This document shows positions 19,787-30,506 of a DNA stretch of 64,000 bases, one piece after another. The notes beneath the pieces were generated by a model. It was not told the DNA's origin, did not search any database, and saw nothing but the letters and a program-made list of their open reading frames with translations. The stretch's first letter is position 1; every line of letters begins with the position of its first letter. A program made the position numbers and the translations under genes. The stretch covers positions 1,440,001 through 1,504,000 of the forward strand of contig CAWETI010000003.1 in the NCBI GenBank assembly GCA_963812015.1, written 5' to 3'. This DNA comes from an uncultured delta proteobacterium. Its GTDB lineage: Bacteria > Desulfobacterota > Desulfobaccia > Desulfobaccales > 0-14-0-80-60-11.

Positions 19787-21328
19787 TTATTGTCCGTTAT
19801 TTGTTAATCCTAATCCTTTATAATATTTACCAATTTTGTCTCTATCCTTGTAAAAGCGCTGATGTATCGTTTGGGCAAATTTCTTTTCCCCAACGGGCTT
19901 GAACCCATCCTCTTTACAAAAATCAATATATGCTTCACGTAATTCCCCAGCGCGAGCAATCTTCCCTTCACCAATTACGCAGCACTCCTCTAAAAATTGT
20001 TCAATCGAATCTTCCGACCGGCGGTATTCTTTGGTGGAGCTTAAGACAGAAGAGGGGGGGGCCAGTCCTTTTTCAAGCCATTCGTAATAGCCAGCCACCA
20101 ACCAGGCCATTATTCCCATCGCCTCCTCTTTTAATTCGGCAGCGAGGTGAGGATTTCTGAGCCGCTGGTTATCTCCTTTGGGATCATCTACGAAGCTAAT
20201 GGGAAATTCGACCAGATGCAGGCGATCCCATAGCGCCGCATCCGCAGGATTAACCACTGGTCTGAAATTGGTAATCAGCAGCAGGGTATGTGAGGGGGCA
20301 AAAGTAATTTCTCGCCGGTCATAGGGTCCGCGGCCCACCAGGGTATCACCGCCACAAAGCCATTTCACCTTACCCGCATTGAGCTTACGTCCCTCATCCG
20401 TCTCCGAAGCCCAGACCAGGCGCTTACCTCTGAAAGCCATGATTTCGGGTGAAGGGGCTCCGGGTGATCTTGGATATTTTTGCGCTAAGAGAATTTCTGC
20501 TTGAATTGGGCCAGCCAAAGGCCCCATGCAAAACCCCAAAGTTTCAAGCGCGGTACCCTTGCCCGACCGTCCGCCTGGCCCCCACCAAATAGCGAGCTTG
20601 TGGTCAATTACCCGCCCCGGAAGTGCAGACCCTAAAAGCCTTTTGTTATAGCCAATCTTTTCACTATCGCCAGCCATAATATCTTTCCAAAATTGCTCCC
20701 ATTTATGGCATGGAGCCCCAAAACCCTTCCATGCCACCGGGGCGACGTTTTTGATAAAATCCTCTGGCTTACCAGGGCGAAAATTGCCTGTTGGAAGATC
20801 GAGTATGCCATTTGTAAAGGGCAATAAGTCAGGATTGGAATCCCACTCATTCCCCCGGATCCCTAAGCTATCCGCTCCCGCTGCCGCCTGGATCAAGACA
20901 TCTTGCAGATAGCGCCGTCGGTGCAAACTGGACACTTGCTTTTCGACCAGGTGTTCAACCCATTCCGCCTTTTTAACTTCTTTATTGTCTCCAAATTTAA
21001 GAGCATTCATTTTGCGCTGATACCAGCGCTGCCCCAGCTCGATAAGCGGTTCCGTCAGATCACTAGCCATAGCGAGCTGCTCATCCCGGTCACAGGTGAG
21101 CCAATAATGTGAGCCATCGGGGAATTGGTACCAGAGTTCACTGGCATGGTCTTTTACAAGCCGGCCGCGCTGGATATGTCTGAAAAGCTTTGCGGCCCCA
21201 TTCTCGCCGGCTGCGCACCATTCGAGAAGCAGGTCATCACCCAAGGTCATAAAGCCAGCCTGCTCGGCCGCAACCTTGGCCCGGCCCTGGACCTGGTATT
21301 CTGATACCTGCTCAGTTTCGAAGGTCAT
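19787..21328 (-). CDS. P4-family D5/SF3 helicase (phage/plasmid primase C-terminal type)
   Basis: D5_N-like LLPFTNGILDLPTG; Walker A GPGGRSGKGT; RLVWASET; LITNFRP; ALWDRL. Confidence 0.9.
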   Translation of the reverse strand: MTFETEQVSEYQVQGRAKVAAEQAGFMTLGDDLLLEWCAAGENGAAKLFRHIQRGRLVKDHASELWYQFPDGSHYWLTCDRDEQLAMASDLTEPLIELGQRWYQRKMNALKFGDNKEVKKAEWVEHLVEKQVSSLHRRRYLQDVLIQAAAGADSLGIRGNEWDSNPDLLPFTNGILDLPTGNFRPGKPEDFIKNVAPVAWKGFGAPCHKWEQFWKDIMAGDSEKIGYNKRLLGSALPGRVIDHKLAIWWGPGGRSGKGTALETLGFCMGPLAGPIQAEILLAQKYPRSPGAPSPEIMAFRGKRLVWASETDEGRKLNAGKVKWLCGGDTLVGRGPYDRREITFAPSHTLLLITNFRPVVNPADAALWDRLHLVEFPISFVDDPKGDNQRLRNPHLAAELKEEAMGIMAWLVAGYYEWLEKGLAPPSSVLSSTKEYRRSEDSIEQFLEECCVIGEGKIARAGELREAYIDFCKEDGFKPVGEKKFAQTIHQRFYKDRDKIGKYYKGLGLTNNGQ

Positions 21329-21557
21329 AGCAAAGCCTATAAAGGATCAACCTTAATTTTGCCGGCTTCCGTAAAGGTTGAGCTGTTCAACCTCTGTGTC
21401 GGGATCGTAAATTTTCTTTGTCAGGGCGATACTCCTGAAGATAAAAAAACTGCCCCGTTCCTGTGGGGCAGCTTAGTGAAGCAAATGAGCTCAAGCAATT
21501 GAGCAATGTGACCTTTGCGAAAGCAACATAATGGAGCTTAAGCAAAGGTCATATTGC

Positions 21558-22352
21558 TTAACCAAACGGGGGTAATTTCTCCTCTTTTAATCTCCGCTTG
21601 ATCGTGTCGAGCGAGGTAAAGTGTTTCTTCCCCGGCGCACACACATACTTCTTATCTAATATCTCCTGAATCTGAACTGCCGCTCCATGTTTAGACTTAC
21701 CATTAATCGAAATTAATCTATAAGTTTCTAAGATTCTTCGTTTATTTTCGCCAGTCCCCATCCCCCGCCTTATAGCTTTACACCTCTTTTGCTCATAATC
21801 AAAGTAATTGCCTTCTGCGCATAGGTGTATCATTATTTGACCGCCGATTGCGAATAACTTAAGAGTTGCGATCTCAATTTTAGTTAAAAACGTAATAGAA
21901 ATGGATTTATCTCCTAATATTTCTGGCATAAATTGATAAATATTCCATAATGCCCAGAGATGATCTCGAATCATTACTGGATCAATTGTCGTAGGGTCAT
22001 AATTTGGAGATAGCATTTCCTGATATGATGCGATTAGAAAATCTTCATCATAAAGCAATCGGGCTTTTTGCTCAAGAAGTTGGATTTCTTCGTCAGTGTA
22101 ATCTGCTTCATTTATAGCAATATTCCTCGCGTCATTTGATGAATTGATTTTTGCAAACTTATTTAATTCCATTTCAAAGTTACTATTTTCTTTATACCAA
22201 AATCCTTCCAGAATGCTGGAATAAGCGGTGATAAATTCATCAATTAAGATTAATTTTACTTTCCAAAGTTGACCTAATACGATTTTTCCATCCTCTTCTG
22301 TTTTCTCCGACTGCTGAGAGAAAAAGTGTCTTAATTTTTCATAGTCAAACAT
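21558..22352 (-). CDS. Hypothetical low-GC protein with a possible C-terminal HTH
   Basis: 264 aa AT-rich ORF ending HGAAVQIQEIL...SLDTIKRRLKE; heads the replication block. Confidence 0.65.
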   Translation of the reverse strand: MFDYEKLRHFFSQQSEKTEEDGKIVLGQLWKVKLILIDEFITAYSSILEGFWYKENSNFEMELNKFAKINSSNDARNIAINEADYTDEEIQLLEQKARLLYDEDFLIASYQEMLSPNYDPTTIDPVMIRDHLWALWNIYQFMPEILGDKSISITFLTKIEIATLKLFAIGGQIMIHLCAEGNYFDYEQKRCKAIRRGMGTGENKRRILETYRLISINGKSKHGAAVQIQEILDKKYVCAPGKKHFTSLDTIKRRLKEEKLPPFG

Positions 22353-22544
22353 GACCGCTCCCGTAACGCCCGCTGATGGTTTTGCATGCTGGCAAGTGTC
22401 TGGTGCAGATTGTGAATCCTGATGCGTTCCGCAGCCTGGCTTTTGCCAGGGTCTTATAAAACACCCGCGCCCTGAAGTTCCTGCATTATTTTAATTTACC
22501 ATGAATACCAACTACAATCGACAAAACTGCTCGGCCATCTTGGC

Positions 22545-24620
22545 TCATGAATATTTGAATCCTTCACCCTCAAGACGTTTATTAATTTTCAGGAGCTTGG
22601 CACTCTGGTACTCAGTTGGAATCCTCTTTGGCAAATTGGCAGCTATATCCATCAGGCGATCCTCTTCCGGTGAAATGAGCCTTTGACCAAGCCCCCAGGA
22701 TCTCAATTGCAACCAGTAATCAGCTCCAAGATTCACTACCTGAGCCTGCGCCTCTATGCCTGAATCAATGACTTGCAGCGTTCTTCCAGCACGTCGGACC
22801 ATTCGGTCCTCCTCTTCATCAACCAGCTCTGAATAGAAATCGGGCAGAATGGCAACATTCAAGGCTTCAGCCCTTTGCCAGCATAGTTCCTTCTTACACC
22901 ATTCGGTCACATTTTGAATACCTGCAGGGGAATTTACAATAATCTCAAATACGGATCGGGCCAGCAGAACGATCTGTTCTTCAACAGGCTGGCTTATTGA
23001 CTGGCGTTGCCAGATGGATCGAAAGTCCAAAACCTTTCCTCTGGCTTTCGTTTCTATCAAAGAGACAAGCTTGGCTATTGTAAATGCTACGATTTGTGCA
23101 CGATAGCCCCCCAAGTACCAAGGCTGGGAGGAGACCAGCTTTTCTGTGCGCCTGAAAAGGATCGCTCGCCCAACAGCTCGCTTGAAGTAATCTTCGTTGA
23201 TAGCTTCGTTACTCTTCTCCCATTCCAAAGAAATATAGCTCGCAAAGGCCATGAAGTTTTTCTGGGCACCGCGGCTGACCATGTGAGGCAGTTTGCGCCA
23301 CGCATTTTCATATTTTGCAAGGTCTGTTTTTGTGAAAACCTGCTCGCGTGGGTTCATGGCTTGAAAGCGCTTTATTTCTGCAGGCGACATTGCTGCGTAG
23401 CTGTTCTGGTATTGGCCGCGAGTGCGTTCATAAAACCAGTGAGTTTCGTGCTGCAGACCGCTCCTGGCAGGTGCCCCTATTCGACGTGAGAACTGCTCTA
23501 TCCTGCGATGAAACTCGTGATTGGAAAAGAAGTCAGCGTCACTGACTCGGTTCTGGCTGTTCGCATAGCGTGAAATCAGAGGGATTATCTGACCGGATAC
23601 TTCTGGACTGATTATCGAAAGCTTCATCGGAACGAGAGTGCAGTCGAGCTGGGCTCTGTCTCTGCGCCTTGCTGCAGCCAGGGAGGCCGTGGTCTGTCCA
23701 CCATTTACGATTTGGAAATCGGTAGCCTGGAGCACATGTAATCCACCCGGCCCATCCTCTATGACAGCATCTGAGCAGGTAGCAGCAATGCCATTGTTAT
23801 ACGCAAAAAACATGTGAGGTTCGTTAAGGATAGTGGTCCTTATTCCTTTGTTGATCCGACCTCTCGTGCTGAGAAAGGACCTGACGTTGCCCTCAAGCAG
23901 ACGGCTCCCAAAAGTGTCATAAATGGATGCCAGAATATTTCCAGGTATGGCGCTCAGGTATGCTCGATATTGTTCAGTATTTATGCTGGCAGCTAGGCAG
24001 GGCAGTCCTCCCGCCAGGAACTCCTCAAAATTTATTATCAGCTCATCCCGTCCGGCTTTGGAGATGAACACACGGTAGAACCGTGATATATCCCAGATGT
24101 GAAACTCGGTCGGAATATGCTTTATATCTGCCTCAGGCCAGTCTCTTATGCGTGAGCTCAGCTGTGCATCCGTTAAAAGATAGAACCTCAGCCGGGTAAC
24201 GCTTGACAGTTGATCATGAATATTCATGGCCAATCCATGTCCCGGCGTGCTCTCTTCGATAACATGGACCAGCCGTCCATCTGCTGCATCCTCGAAGAAA
24301 GCCTGAAGCCTTCCGAAAAGTGACTTGGCCTGAGTCTGGGTAAGAGTCGGAATCCCTCCGTTTTCGCCAACAATGGGCTCGGCAACAAATAGGCGGATAG
24401 ATCCGTCGGCCTCATCAAAAGCATATCCATCAACAGCTATGGCCCGGTTCCTGGACCCGGTCCCCCTGTAGTAACAGGGTTGAAAATCAAAAACTTCTTC
24501 GGAATCTTCAAGCAGATGTGCACTGTACTCGACGAATGCGGAGTGGTGAAAGTTCATATCAGCTGAAGCCCATACGGCCACATGCCCCAAAAAGTCCTTC
24601 CTGTATTCTTCAAGATCCAT
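22545..24620 (-). CDS. mzaE: AIPR family protein (MzaE-like)
   Basis: RLLEGNVRSFL, MFFAYNNGI, FQIVNGGQTTASL, ISRYANSQN, WFYERTRGQY. Confidence 0.9.
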   Translation of the reverse strand: MDLEEYRKDFLGHVAVWASADMNFHHSAFVEYSAHLLEDSEEVFDFQPCYYRGTGSRNRAIAVDGYAFDEADGSIRLFVAEPIVGENGGIPTLTQTQAKSLFGRLQAFFEDAADGRLVHVIEESTPGHGLAMNIHDQLSSVTRLRFYLLTDAQLSSRIRDWPEADIKHIPTEFHIWDISRFYRVFISKAGRDELIINFEEFLAGGLPCLAASINTEQYRAYLSAIPGNILASIYDTFGSRLLEGNVRSFLSTRGRINKGIRTTILNEPHMFFAYNNGIAATCSDAVIEDGPGGLHVLQATDFQIVNGGQTTASLAAARRRDRAQLDCTLVPMKLSIISPEVSGQIIPLISRYANSQNRVSDADFFSNHEFHRRIEQFSRRIGAPARSGLQHETHWFYERTRGQYQNSYAAMSPAEIKRFQAMNPREQVFTKTDLAKYENAWRKLPHMVSRGAQKNFMAFASYISLEWEKSNEAINEDYFKRAVGRAILFRRTEKLVSSQPWYLGGYRAQIVAFTIAKLVSLIETKARGKVLDFRSIWQRQSISQPVEEQIVLLARSVFEIIVNSPAGIQNVTEWCKKELCWQRAEALNVAILPDFYSELVDEEEDRMVRRAGRTLQVIDSGIEAQAQVVNLGADYWLQLRSWGLGQRLISPEEDRLMDIAANLPKRIPTEYQSAKLLKINKRLEGEGFKYS

Positions 24621-25567
24621 CAGATTTCCTCCAGAGATCCAACTTTAAATTCTTGGCATACTGATAGATCAATCTCGTAGCTTATATTTACGACGCCTGA
24701 CGGGACATCGGAGCGCCTGATCCGGGGGAAACCCTCTTCAACTTTGAAGAGTTGTATCCCCTGCAATCGAAAGAATATCTGTTCGTATTCCGGGCGGTCT
24801 ACATAGCCTGCTGCAGAAAGTCTGGTTTCAAAAGCCGGTAGAATGTTTTCAGATTCAAGTATGTCTCTTAAATCTCTGACCAGTCCGGCGGGTGCGAACC
24901 GGTCTTCGGTCTCTTCTGATGCGCGTGCAAGGGTGAAAACAGAGAGAACCAGCCGGGTTTCAGCTGAATTGAGCTGCTCAACGGATGATATTCTGGCCTT
25001 GGACGAGCCGGGCCGTACAGTCTTAACCTCAACATTGAGTTCAGGGAAGACGAAGTCATGTGGGGCGTCGAATGGCCCCTCCCATCCTGTTAGGGACAGG
25101 CTTCCGCCCCACCGGGGTATTGCTGTGTCTTTCAGGAAGAGCAGCTCTCCAACCAGACCCCTGAGTTCAGCATCAGAGAGGAGATCGCTGTGTGGCTCAT
25201 CCATAAGCCTTTTCCAGCGAGCAAGTCTTGAAAGCAGGAAAGCGGGGGCAGACTGTTCGGAGGCTTGGCGGCTCGATTCCACCAGATCCTCACAGAGCAC
25301 AGCAAAATGAGAGAGAAACTCGTACTTCTTGAGCGCTATCGTTAGATACCATCTGGAATCAGATCGCTGGCTCCGGCTGACAGAGACTGCCGCATAATCA
25401 GGAGGCAGCGGCGGCTTTTCCTTGCTGATCAGGGTGATACCGGGTTCATTGGTATTCAGAACTATTGCATAAAGGTCCAGTGGATGAGTATCATCTACTC
25501 GGCGAAAGGCCGGGCGCTCAGAGACGGTCGCGAGTTCTTGCCACAGCGCTTGAAGTTGCAAGACCAT
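24620..25567 (-). CDS. mzaD: PD-(D/E)XK motif protein, DUF4420 (MzaD-like)
   Basis: RGLVGELLFL...WEGP..APHDF...VEVKT...ISSVEQL...FPRI. Confidence 0.88.
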   Translation of the reverse strand: MVLQLQALWQELATVSERPAFRRVDDTHPLDLYAIVLNTNEPGITLISKEKPPLPPDYAAVSVSRSQRSDSRWYLTIALKKYEFLSHFAVLCEDLVESSRQASEQSAPAFLLSRLARWKRLMDEPHSDLLSDAELRGLVGELLFLKDTAIPRWGGSLSLTGWEGPFDAPHDFVFPELNVEVKTVRPGSSKARISSVEQLNSAETRLVLSVFTLARASEETEDRFAPAGLVRDLRDILESENILPAFETRLSAAGYVDRPEYEQIFFRLQGIQLFKVEEGFPRIRRSDVPSGVVNISYEIDLSVCQEFKVGSLEEI

Positions 25568-28238
25568 TCTCCTCTATGTCTTCCTCATCATCGGCTTCAG
25601 ATTCAAACATGGAACGCCATTCAACCAGATTTACCCTGTACCTGACCCGGCCTGCAATGCCACTATCATCGAACTTCGGAAAGCTCAGCCCGAGAGCAAT
25701 GAGAGGATCCCCTCCGGAATCGTAAGGCTCTCCATCAAGATATGCGTTCACCACATGGATCAGCAGCAGGGGACGATAGCGGATACTGCGATACATTTTA
25801 TCCGGTACACTTTTTCCGGGGTTCTCGGCCTTGTATTTTTCCTCCATCATCCTGACCTGTTCAGGATCAATCCCCTCCCTTTCAACCCCGCGGGAGCCGA
25901 CTCGAGCCCTTGCGCCAGAGACGATAATAGCCTTCGATTGGTTGTTAATTTCAACAGCCCTTCGCTGAGGTCTTATCCTTACCCCCAAAAAGTCGATTTC
26001 GGGTTCTCCTCCATTGGGGATCGCCACATCCCATTCAGCCAGCCTTGGCTCGGGTGTCCGGTCAAGAAAGTCCGCAAGATCAGCACCCTGAAATAACATA
26101 TTAGAAGGATGACTGTCATACCTCCTGAGAAGCTTTGCGATCAGTGCTTTCGGCACCTTGCGCCAGAGCGAATTACCAAGTGAGGAAGTTTCCTTGGCGA
26201 TGCGAGTAACTGACAGATCATCCAGGAAGTCTTTAACCGCCAGCACGTTAGCACGGAGTGAGTCTCTGGAAAACCGGATTCGAGGGGTTTCAATTCCCGT
26301 CTCACTGACAGAGACAAATTTTTCGATTGTTTTCGCCAGTCGCATCTTATTCCGCGCTGTAACAATAAGGCTGTCTGGAGAAAGGCGAACCTTCAGGCCA
26401 AAATCCCTGGGTGTTCTGTCCATAGCACGCATTTTCTTGCACTCATCTCTGAGTTCCTCACTGGCAAGGGAGATATGTGAATACCACTGTGCTGCATCAT
26501 CGGTGATCCAGAGCCTTATGAGATCCTCATATCCATCCCGGTAGCCAAACCAGCGTCCCATTTGCAGGAGTGTGTCATACATCTGAGAATTGCGATAAAA
26601 ATAGCTGGTGGAAAGACCCTCAAGGGTGAGACCACGAGAGAGACTATTTCCCCCAACCGCAATGACACGGAGCCCTGTCTGTGAATGAAGCCTGTAGTCA
26701 AGACTTGCTGCCCCGGTGCGCTGGTTTACCGCCTTTACGACAACCGGGAGAGCGCCCTTAGGCAGACCTTTCTGAACACTTGGCCAGCTAAATCCCGCAC
26801 TCTGATACTCGCGCTCCCATGTGCGCCTGAGTTCGGAGATGCTTTCAATCCTCAGCGCCTCACCTGTTGGAAGCTGGCTGTAGTTTCTAATATCCTGCTG
26901 AATTCTGCGAAGTTCCAGATCGATGAGTCTTTCAACCTGATCTTGAACGTTGGTGAACTGGCTGACATTAACGAGCATTGACCTGTGGCTTGGTCCCGCA
27001 CCCCGCAGATCCCGAATTGTTGTGGCAATGATAAACGTTCGGATTGCCTCGTGAAGGCTTTCCGGGAGATCTTCAACAATGAGCGAAGACTTGTGCTTTG
27101 GCGGGAAGGATGCTTCTGCATCCCTGATTGGTCTCAGCAGTCTGCTGTCTTCGTCGAAGACGACAGATGGACCTGTATAGTTGCTGGGGGCGTCAAGGCA
27201 GTAGATAAAATCGCGTGGAAAAAGGTCGTGTCCGAGCATATCATCTTCAGTATCAGGATCAACGAAGATGTTTGCAAAGGGAGTTGCTGTGAATCCGACA
27301 TAGCTTGTCCTCGTGAAAAGATGCAGGATCGAGCGGATTCTTTCATTGATGGCTGTCGGATCATTATCCTGTGAGTTGGTATTGATTGATGCGTTGTCCG
27401 CTTCATCGTCTATAAGCAAAAGAGGGGAATCTATCCTGCCGCTGCTATCAGCATTGAAGTTTCGGAGCCAGTTTTCGAGATTTTCGAGTATTCGCTTATT
27501 CTTTTTGACCACAACCAGAACCGGCTCTATGAAGACATTTAGCCTGAAGTTCAGAGCATTCAAGATCTCTTTGTTGAAATCCCTTTGACGTGAAGTGAAG
27601 ACCCCTGCAGACCGTCTTGAATCGATCAGGCCAACACCCACTACCCGACGACTATGTTTTTGCTTGAGAATGTTAGAGCTGTCCAGGCCCACAAAACCCT
27701 CGTCGAGCCGCTCCTGTGTCTGACGCCGGAGATTTTCCAGGGTGCCCGTAAGCAGGATTATGAGTTTATATCCAGCATCGGCAGCCTTGGAGCAGAGCGC
27801 TGTGTACGTTGCTGTTTTCCCGGACTGGACATTACCGACTACAAGCCCGCGCCGTTTCCAGGAATTTCCCAACTCGGGATTCCCGAGTTGATCCAGTATG
27901 TTATCCGTTACGCGGTCAAGGGTAGATACCACCTGCGGCGGCCATGAACGTCGCCTTAGGTACATAGAGTACCGGTCCCAGTAGAAAAAATTTATTGCAG
28001 GTTTTCTGGCGCTTAGCCATGGAACATGATCCTGTTCTACGAGAGCCGTGCCTATCTCCATCGTAATGGTAAGGCGGGCATGAAGACTCCTGATCAGATG
28101 TTCAAAGTCATCATCTGGGAGGGGGAACGCCGTTCGAAGCTTCGATGCCATCTCAAACACTTCATCTTCCGTAGGGACTCGGTCACCTGGTAACGAGACT
28201 AGAACAGCGTTTTCCAGCAGTTTGAAATTTTGGTTCAT
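25518..28238 (-). CDS. mzaC: Z1-domain SF2 helicase-like protein / endonuclease (MzaC-like)
   Basis: GNVQSGKT, LRRQTQERL, IDDEADNASIN, GFTATPFANI, LSRGLTLEGL, DTLLQMGRWFGYR. Confidence 0.9.
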   Translation of the reverse strand: MNQNFKLLENAVLVSLPGDRVPTEDEVFEMASKLRTAFPLPDDDFEHLIRSLHARLTITMEIGTALVEQDHVPWLSARKPAINFFYWDRYSMYLRRRSWPPQVVSTLDRVTDNILDQLGNPELGNSWKRRGLVVGNVQSGKTATYTALCSKAADAGYKLIILLTGTLENLRRQTQERLDEGFVGLDSSNILKQKHSRRVVGVGLIDSRRSAGVFTSRQRDFNKEILNALNFRLNVFIEPVLVVVKKNKRILENLENWLRNFNADSSGRIDSPLLLIDDEADNASINTNSQDNDPTAINERIRSILHLFTRTSYVGFTATPFANIFVDPDTEDDMLGHDLFPRDFIYCLDAPSNYTGPSVVFDEDSRLLRPIRDAEASFPPKHKSSLIVEDLPESLHEAIRTFIIATTIRDLRGAGPSHRSMLVNVSQFTNVQDQVERLIDLELRRIQQDIRNYSQLPTGEALRIESISELRRTWEREYQSAGFSWPSVQKGLPKGALPVVVKAVNQRTGAASLDYRLHSQTGLRVIAVGGNSLSRGLTLEGLSTSYFYRNSQMYDTLLQMGRWFGYRDGYEDLIRLWITDDAAQWYSHISLASEELRDECKKMRAMDRTPRDFGLKVRLSPDSLIVTARNKMRLAKTIEKFVSVSETGIETPRIRFSRDSLRANVLAVKDFLDDLSVTRIAKETSSLGNSLWRKVPKALIAKLLRRYDSHPSNMLFQGADLADFLDRTPEPRLAEWDVAIPNGGEPEIDFLGVRIRPQRRAVEINNQSKAIIVSGARARVGSRGVEREGIDPEQVRMMEEKYKAENPGKSVPDKMYRSIRYRPLLLIHVVNAYLDGEPYDSGGDPLIALGLSFPKFDDSGIAGRVRYRVNLVEWRSMFESEADDEEDIEENGLATSSAVARTRDRL

Positions 28239-29707
28239 TATTTTAGCCTTTCCAGAATGCTTCTGGTCTGTTCCGGGAAAAATACAAAGGGCTCCATGCT
28301 TGGGATTGCCTGTAAGAGTCTTTCGGCAGCTTCTGGATCCCCCGAAAGAGATTCAAACATAGAAGAGATTATCGTGGCAAGCATCTCTGCCTCCCCGTTT
28401 CCTTCTGTTCGGTTCTCAACGTGTCTATCAGCAGCCATATCGGCATAGACAGCAGCGAAGGGAAACGACACCTCCAGCGAATCCAGGAGACTGTCAAGAA
28501 GTGAAAGCTCCTCGTTTGTGATCTCAGCTTTCAGGGTTTGCAGCAGGGGATGATCTCGGTTTATGCGGTAAAGGATTCCCTGTCGGCTGTCGATACGGTC
28601 CCATACATGAGTTATAGAATCCTGGGTGACCCTCCTGCCGCGGAAAGTATAGACCTGACGGCTTGTTTCGCCAATTCTTTCGATAATCCGCCGGAGGCCC
28701 TGACGGACCGCTTCGGGTGGAGAGGCCGTAGACTTTTTGATGTCCAATGTCCAGAAATGGTCCAGAGAATTAGGTATCTCGACCATAACACGGGCAAGCT
28801 TTGTAAGTTCTTCCTGCCTCGAGAGTCTGAACCATGTGCCCCAGGTAATAAGCCGACGATTCCGGTAAATATAGAATCCCTGATTTCTGCGCAGTCCTTC
28901 CTCCCCGCCGGCAATTCTTCTCTGTTCCTGGCTAAGCTTTGATAAGTGAGGAAGGATGTATGGAAGCACACGGACTCTGCTGCCTTCTACTTCCAGAACT
29001 TCTTCTGGAAGTTTCTGAGTCGCTTTATGGGAAATCAAAAATGGATCCAGCGCTTCGACCCTGTTATTGTTAATATAAATTTCAATACGGGGTCGGGTTC
29101 CCTCCGCGGAAAGGTACCTGTGAAACACAAGAGCAAGGTGATCGCGAGCCCGGTCAACGAGCTCGCCCAGTCTTCTCTCCAGGTTTGAGTAGCCAGCCTG
29201 TAATTTATCAAGTTCCTCCCAGATTATGAGCGTTCCTTGCCCCATCTCCATCAGCTCAGCTACGTGGGGTTTGGCTTGTGCTTCATGGTCGGAGAGGACC
29301 AGGAGCACCCACTCATTCCGCTGCGCTACAAAATCAAGATCCCAACAGCCTGCACTAAGATAGCCATCTTTTAAAGAAATCACAGTTAGCTTGCGGCATT
29401 GTGACAGAGAAGCGGTCTTAAGGCCCAAACCAAAACGCCCAAGATCTTCAGGATCCCGCTCAGATGAGGGATGGCGGCTGCCGTGGCGCATTGCATACAC
29501 CAGTTCATAACGTTCCATGCCAGATCCATTGTCGAGGAGAGCTACATAAGGATCTCCGAAGGGCCGAAAATCAAGTCTGATTTCGCGTGCTCCAGCAGAG
29601 ATGCTGTTATCGATCAAATCGGCTATAGCGGTCTCAAAGGAATAACCAACAGCCCTAAGCGACTCCAGCAAGGTGGACGCAACCGGAGGCAGTATAATTT
29701 CATCCAT
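28238..29707 (-). CDS. mzaB: MORC/GHKL-family ATPase (MzaB-like)
   Basis: SLRAVGYSFETAIADLIDNSISA, DNGSGM, DLGRFGLGLKTASLSQ, QGFYIYRNRRLI, LDIKKS. Confidence 0.9.
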   Translation of the reverse strand: MDEIILPPVASTLLESLRAVGYSFETAIADLIDNSISAGAREIRLDFRPFGDPYVALLDNGSGMERYELVYAMRHGSRHPSSERDPEDLGRFGLGLKTASLSQCRKLTVISLKDGYLSAGCWDLDFVAQRNEWVLLVLSDHEAQAKPHVAELMEMGQGTLIIWEELDKLQAGYSNLERRLGELVDRARDHLALVFHRYLSAEGTRPRIEIYINNNRVEALDPFLISHKATQKLPEEVLEVEGSRVRVLPYILPHLSKLSQEQRRIAGGEEGLRRNQGFYIYRNRRLITWGTWFRLSRQEELTKLARVMVEIPNSLDHFWTLDIKKSTASPPEAVRQGLRRIIERIGETSRQVYTFRGRRVTQDSITHVWDRIDSRQGILYRINRDHPLLQTLKAEITNEELSLLDSLLDSLEVSFPFAAVYADMAADRHVENRTEGNGEAEMLATIISSMFESLSGDPEAAERLLQAIPSMEPFVFFPEQTRSILERLK

Positions 29708-30074
29708 ACAGAAACCGACTCGCCAATGGCGGAAGAATTTTGCCGGCTTACAAGCCGCTAAGAGACAGCAAACTCGACGTTAGCACAAACTATTTCATGC
29801 ATGCAAGGTTTGACTAAACTGCTGTCATCGCGGAAACAACCCTTCGGGTTCGGAGCAGTCCAGAAATCGGGATCTCGCCTGCGGCGGGGACGGCAATTCG
29901 GGTTACGGATTGCGAAGGGCAGGAGAATTGGGAATTGCTGATAGAGAGTCGGGGAGAGCCACACCCCCAAGGGCCGAGAAAAGCAGGATTCCAAAGGATC
30001 ATGCTCTGTCCGGTATGCAAACCGAGAAATATGAAGTCGTTTTTGGTTAACATCCATGTCTAAAATGGTCCATA

Positions 30075-30506
30075 CTAATTTTCGCAGAGCAGGTTCGAGA
30101 GTTTCCGCCCCAGAGAGTCCAGATCAGAAAGGTCGCACTCCCAGATAACAAAGACACGCCATCCCTGGTCTTTGAGCTCGACGGTTGCCTTTTCATGAAC
30201 GTTGATGTTCTGTTCAAACTTCTTCATCCAGAAGTCGACTCTGCTTTTAGGGGTGTATGCAAATCGGCATCCAGGGTGCCTGTGCCAGAAGCAGCCGTGA
30301 ACGAATATCACTGTCTTGAACTTTGGCAGGACGATGTCAGGGGTACCGGGAAGGGATTTAACATGAAGTCTGAAGCGGTACCCCATTCTGTGCAGCAAAC
30401 TTCTCACAACCTTCTCGGGACGTGTGTCCTTTGATCGGATCCGGGACATGTTCCAGCTTCTTTTCTCTTTAGACAGTGGGTCCGTCATAAGAAGATCTTT
30501 CCTCAA
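30075..30506 (-). CDS. vsr: Very-short-patch repair endonuclease
   Basis: RSWNMSRIRSKDTRPE, LPGTPDIV, FVHGCFWHRH, GWRVFVIWEC. Confidence 0.95.
   Translation of the reverse strand: MRKDLLMTDPLSKEKRSWNMSRIRSKDTRPEKVVRSLLHRMGYRFRLHVKSLPGTPDIVLPKFKTVIFVHGCFWHRHPGCRFAYTPKSRVDFWMKKFEQNINVHEKATVELKDQGWRVFVIWECDLSDLDSLGRKLSNLLCEN

Noticed and set aside
12953..22352. Complete prophage
   Set aside because: No portal, capsid, tail, lysis or repressor gene is recognisable between the att sites.
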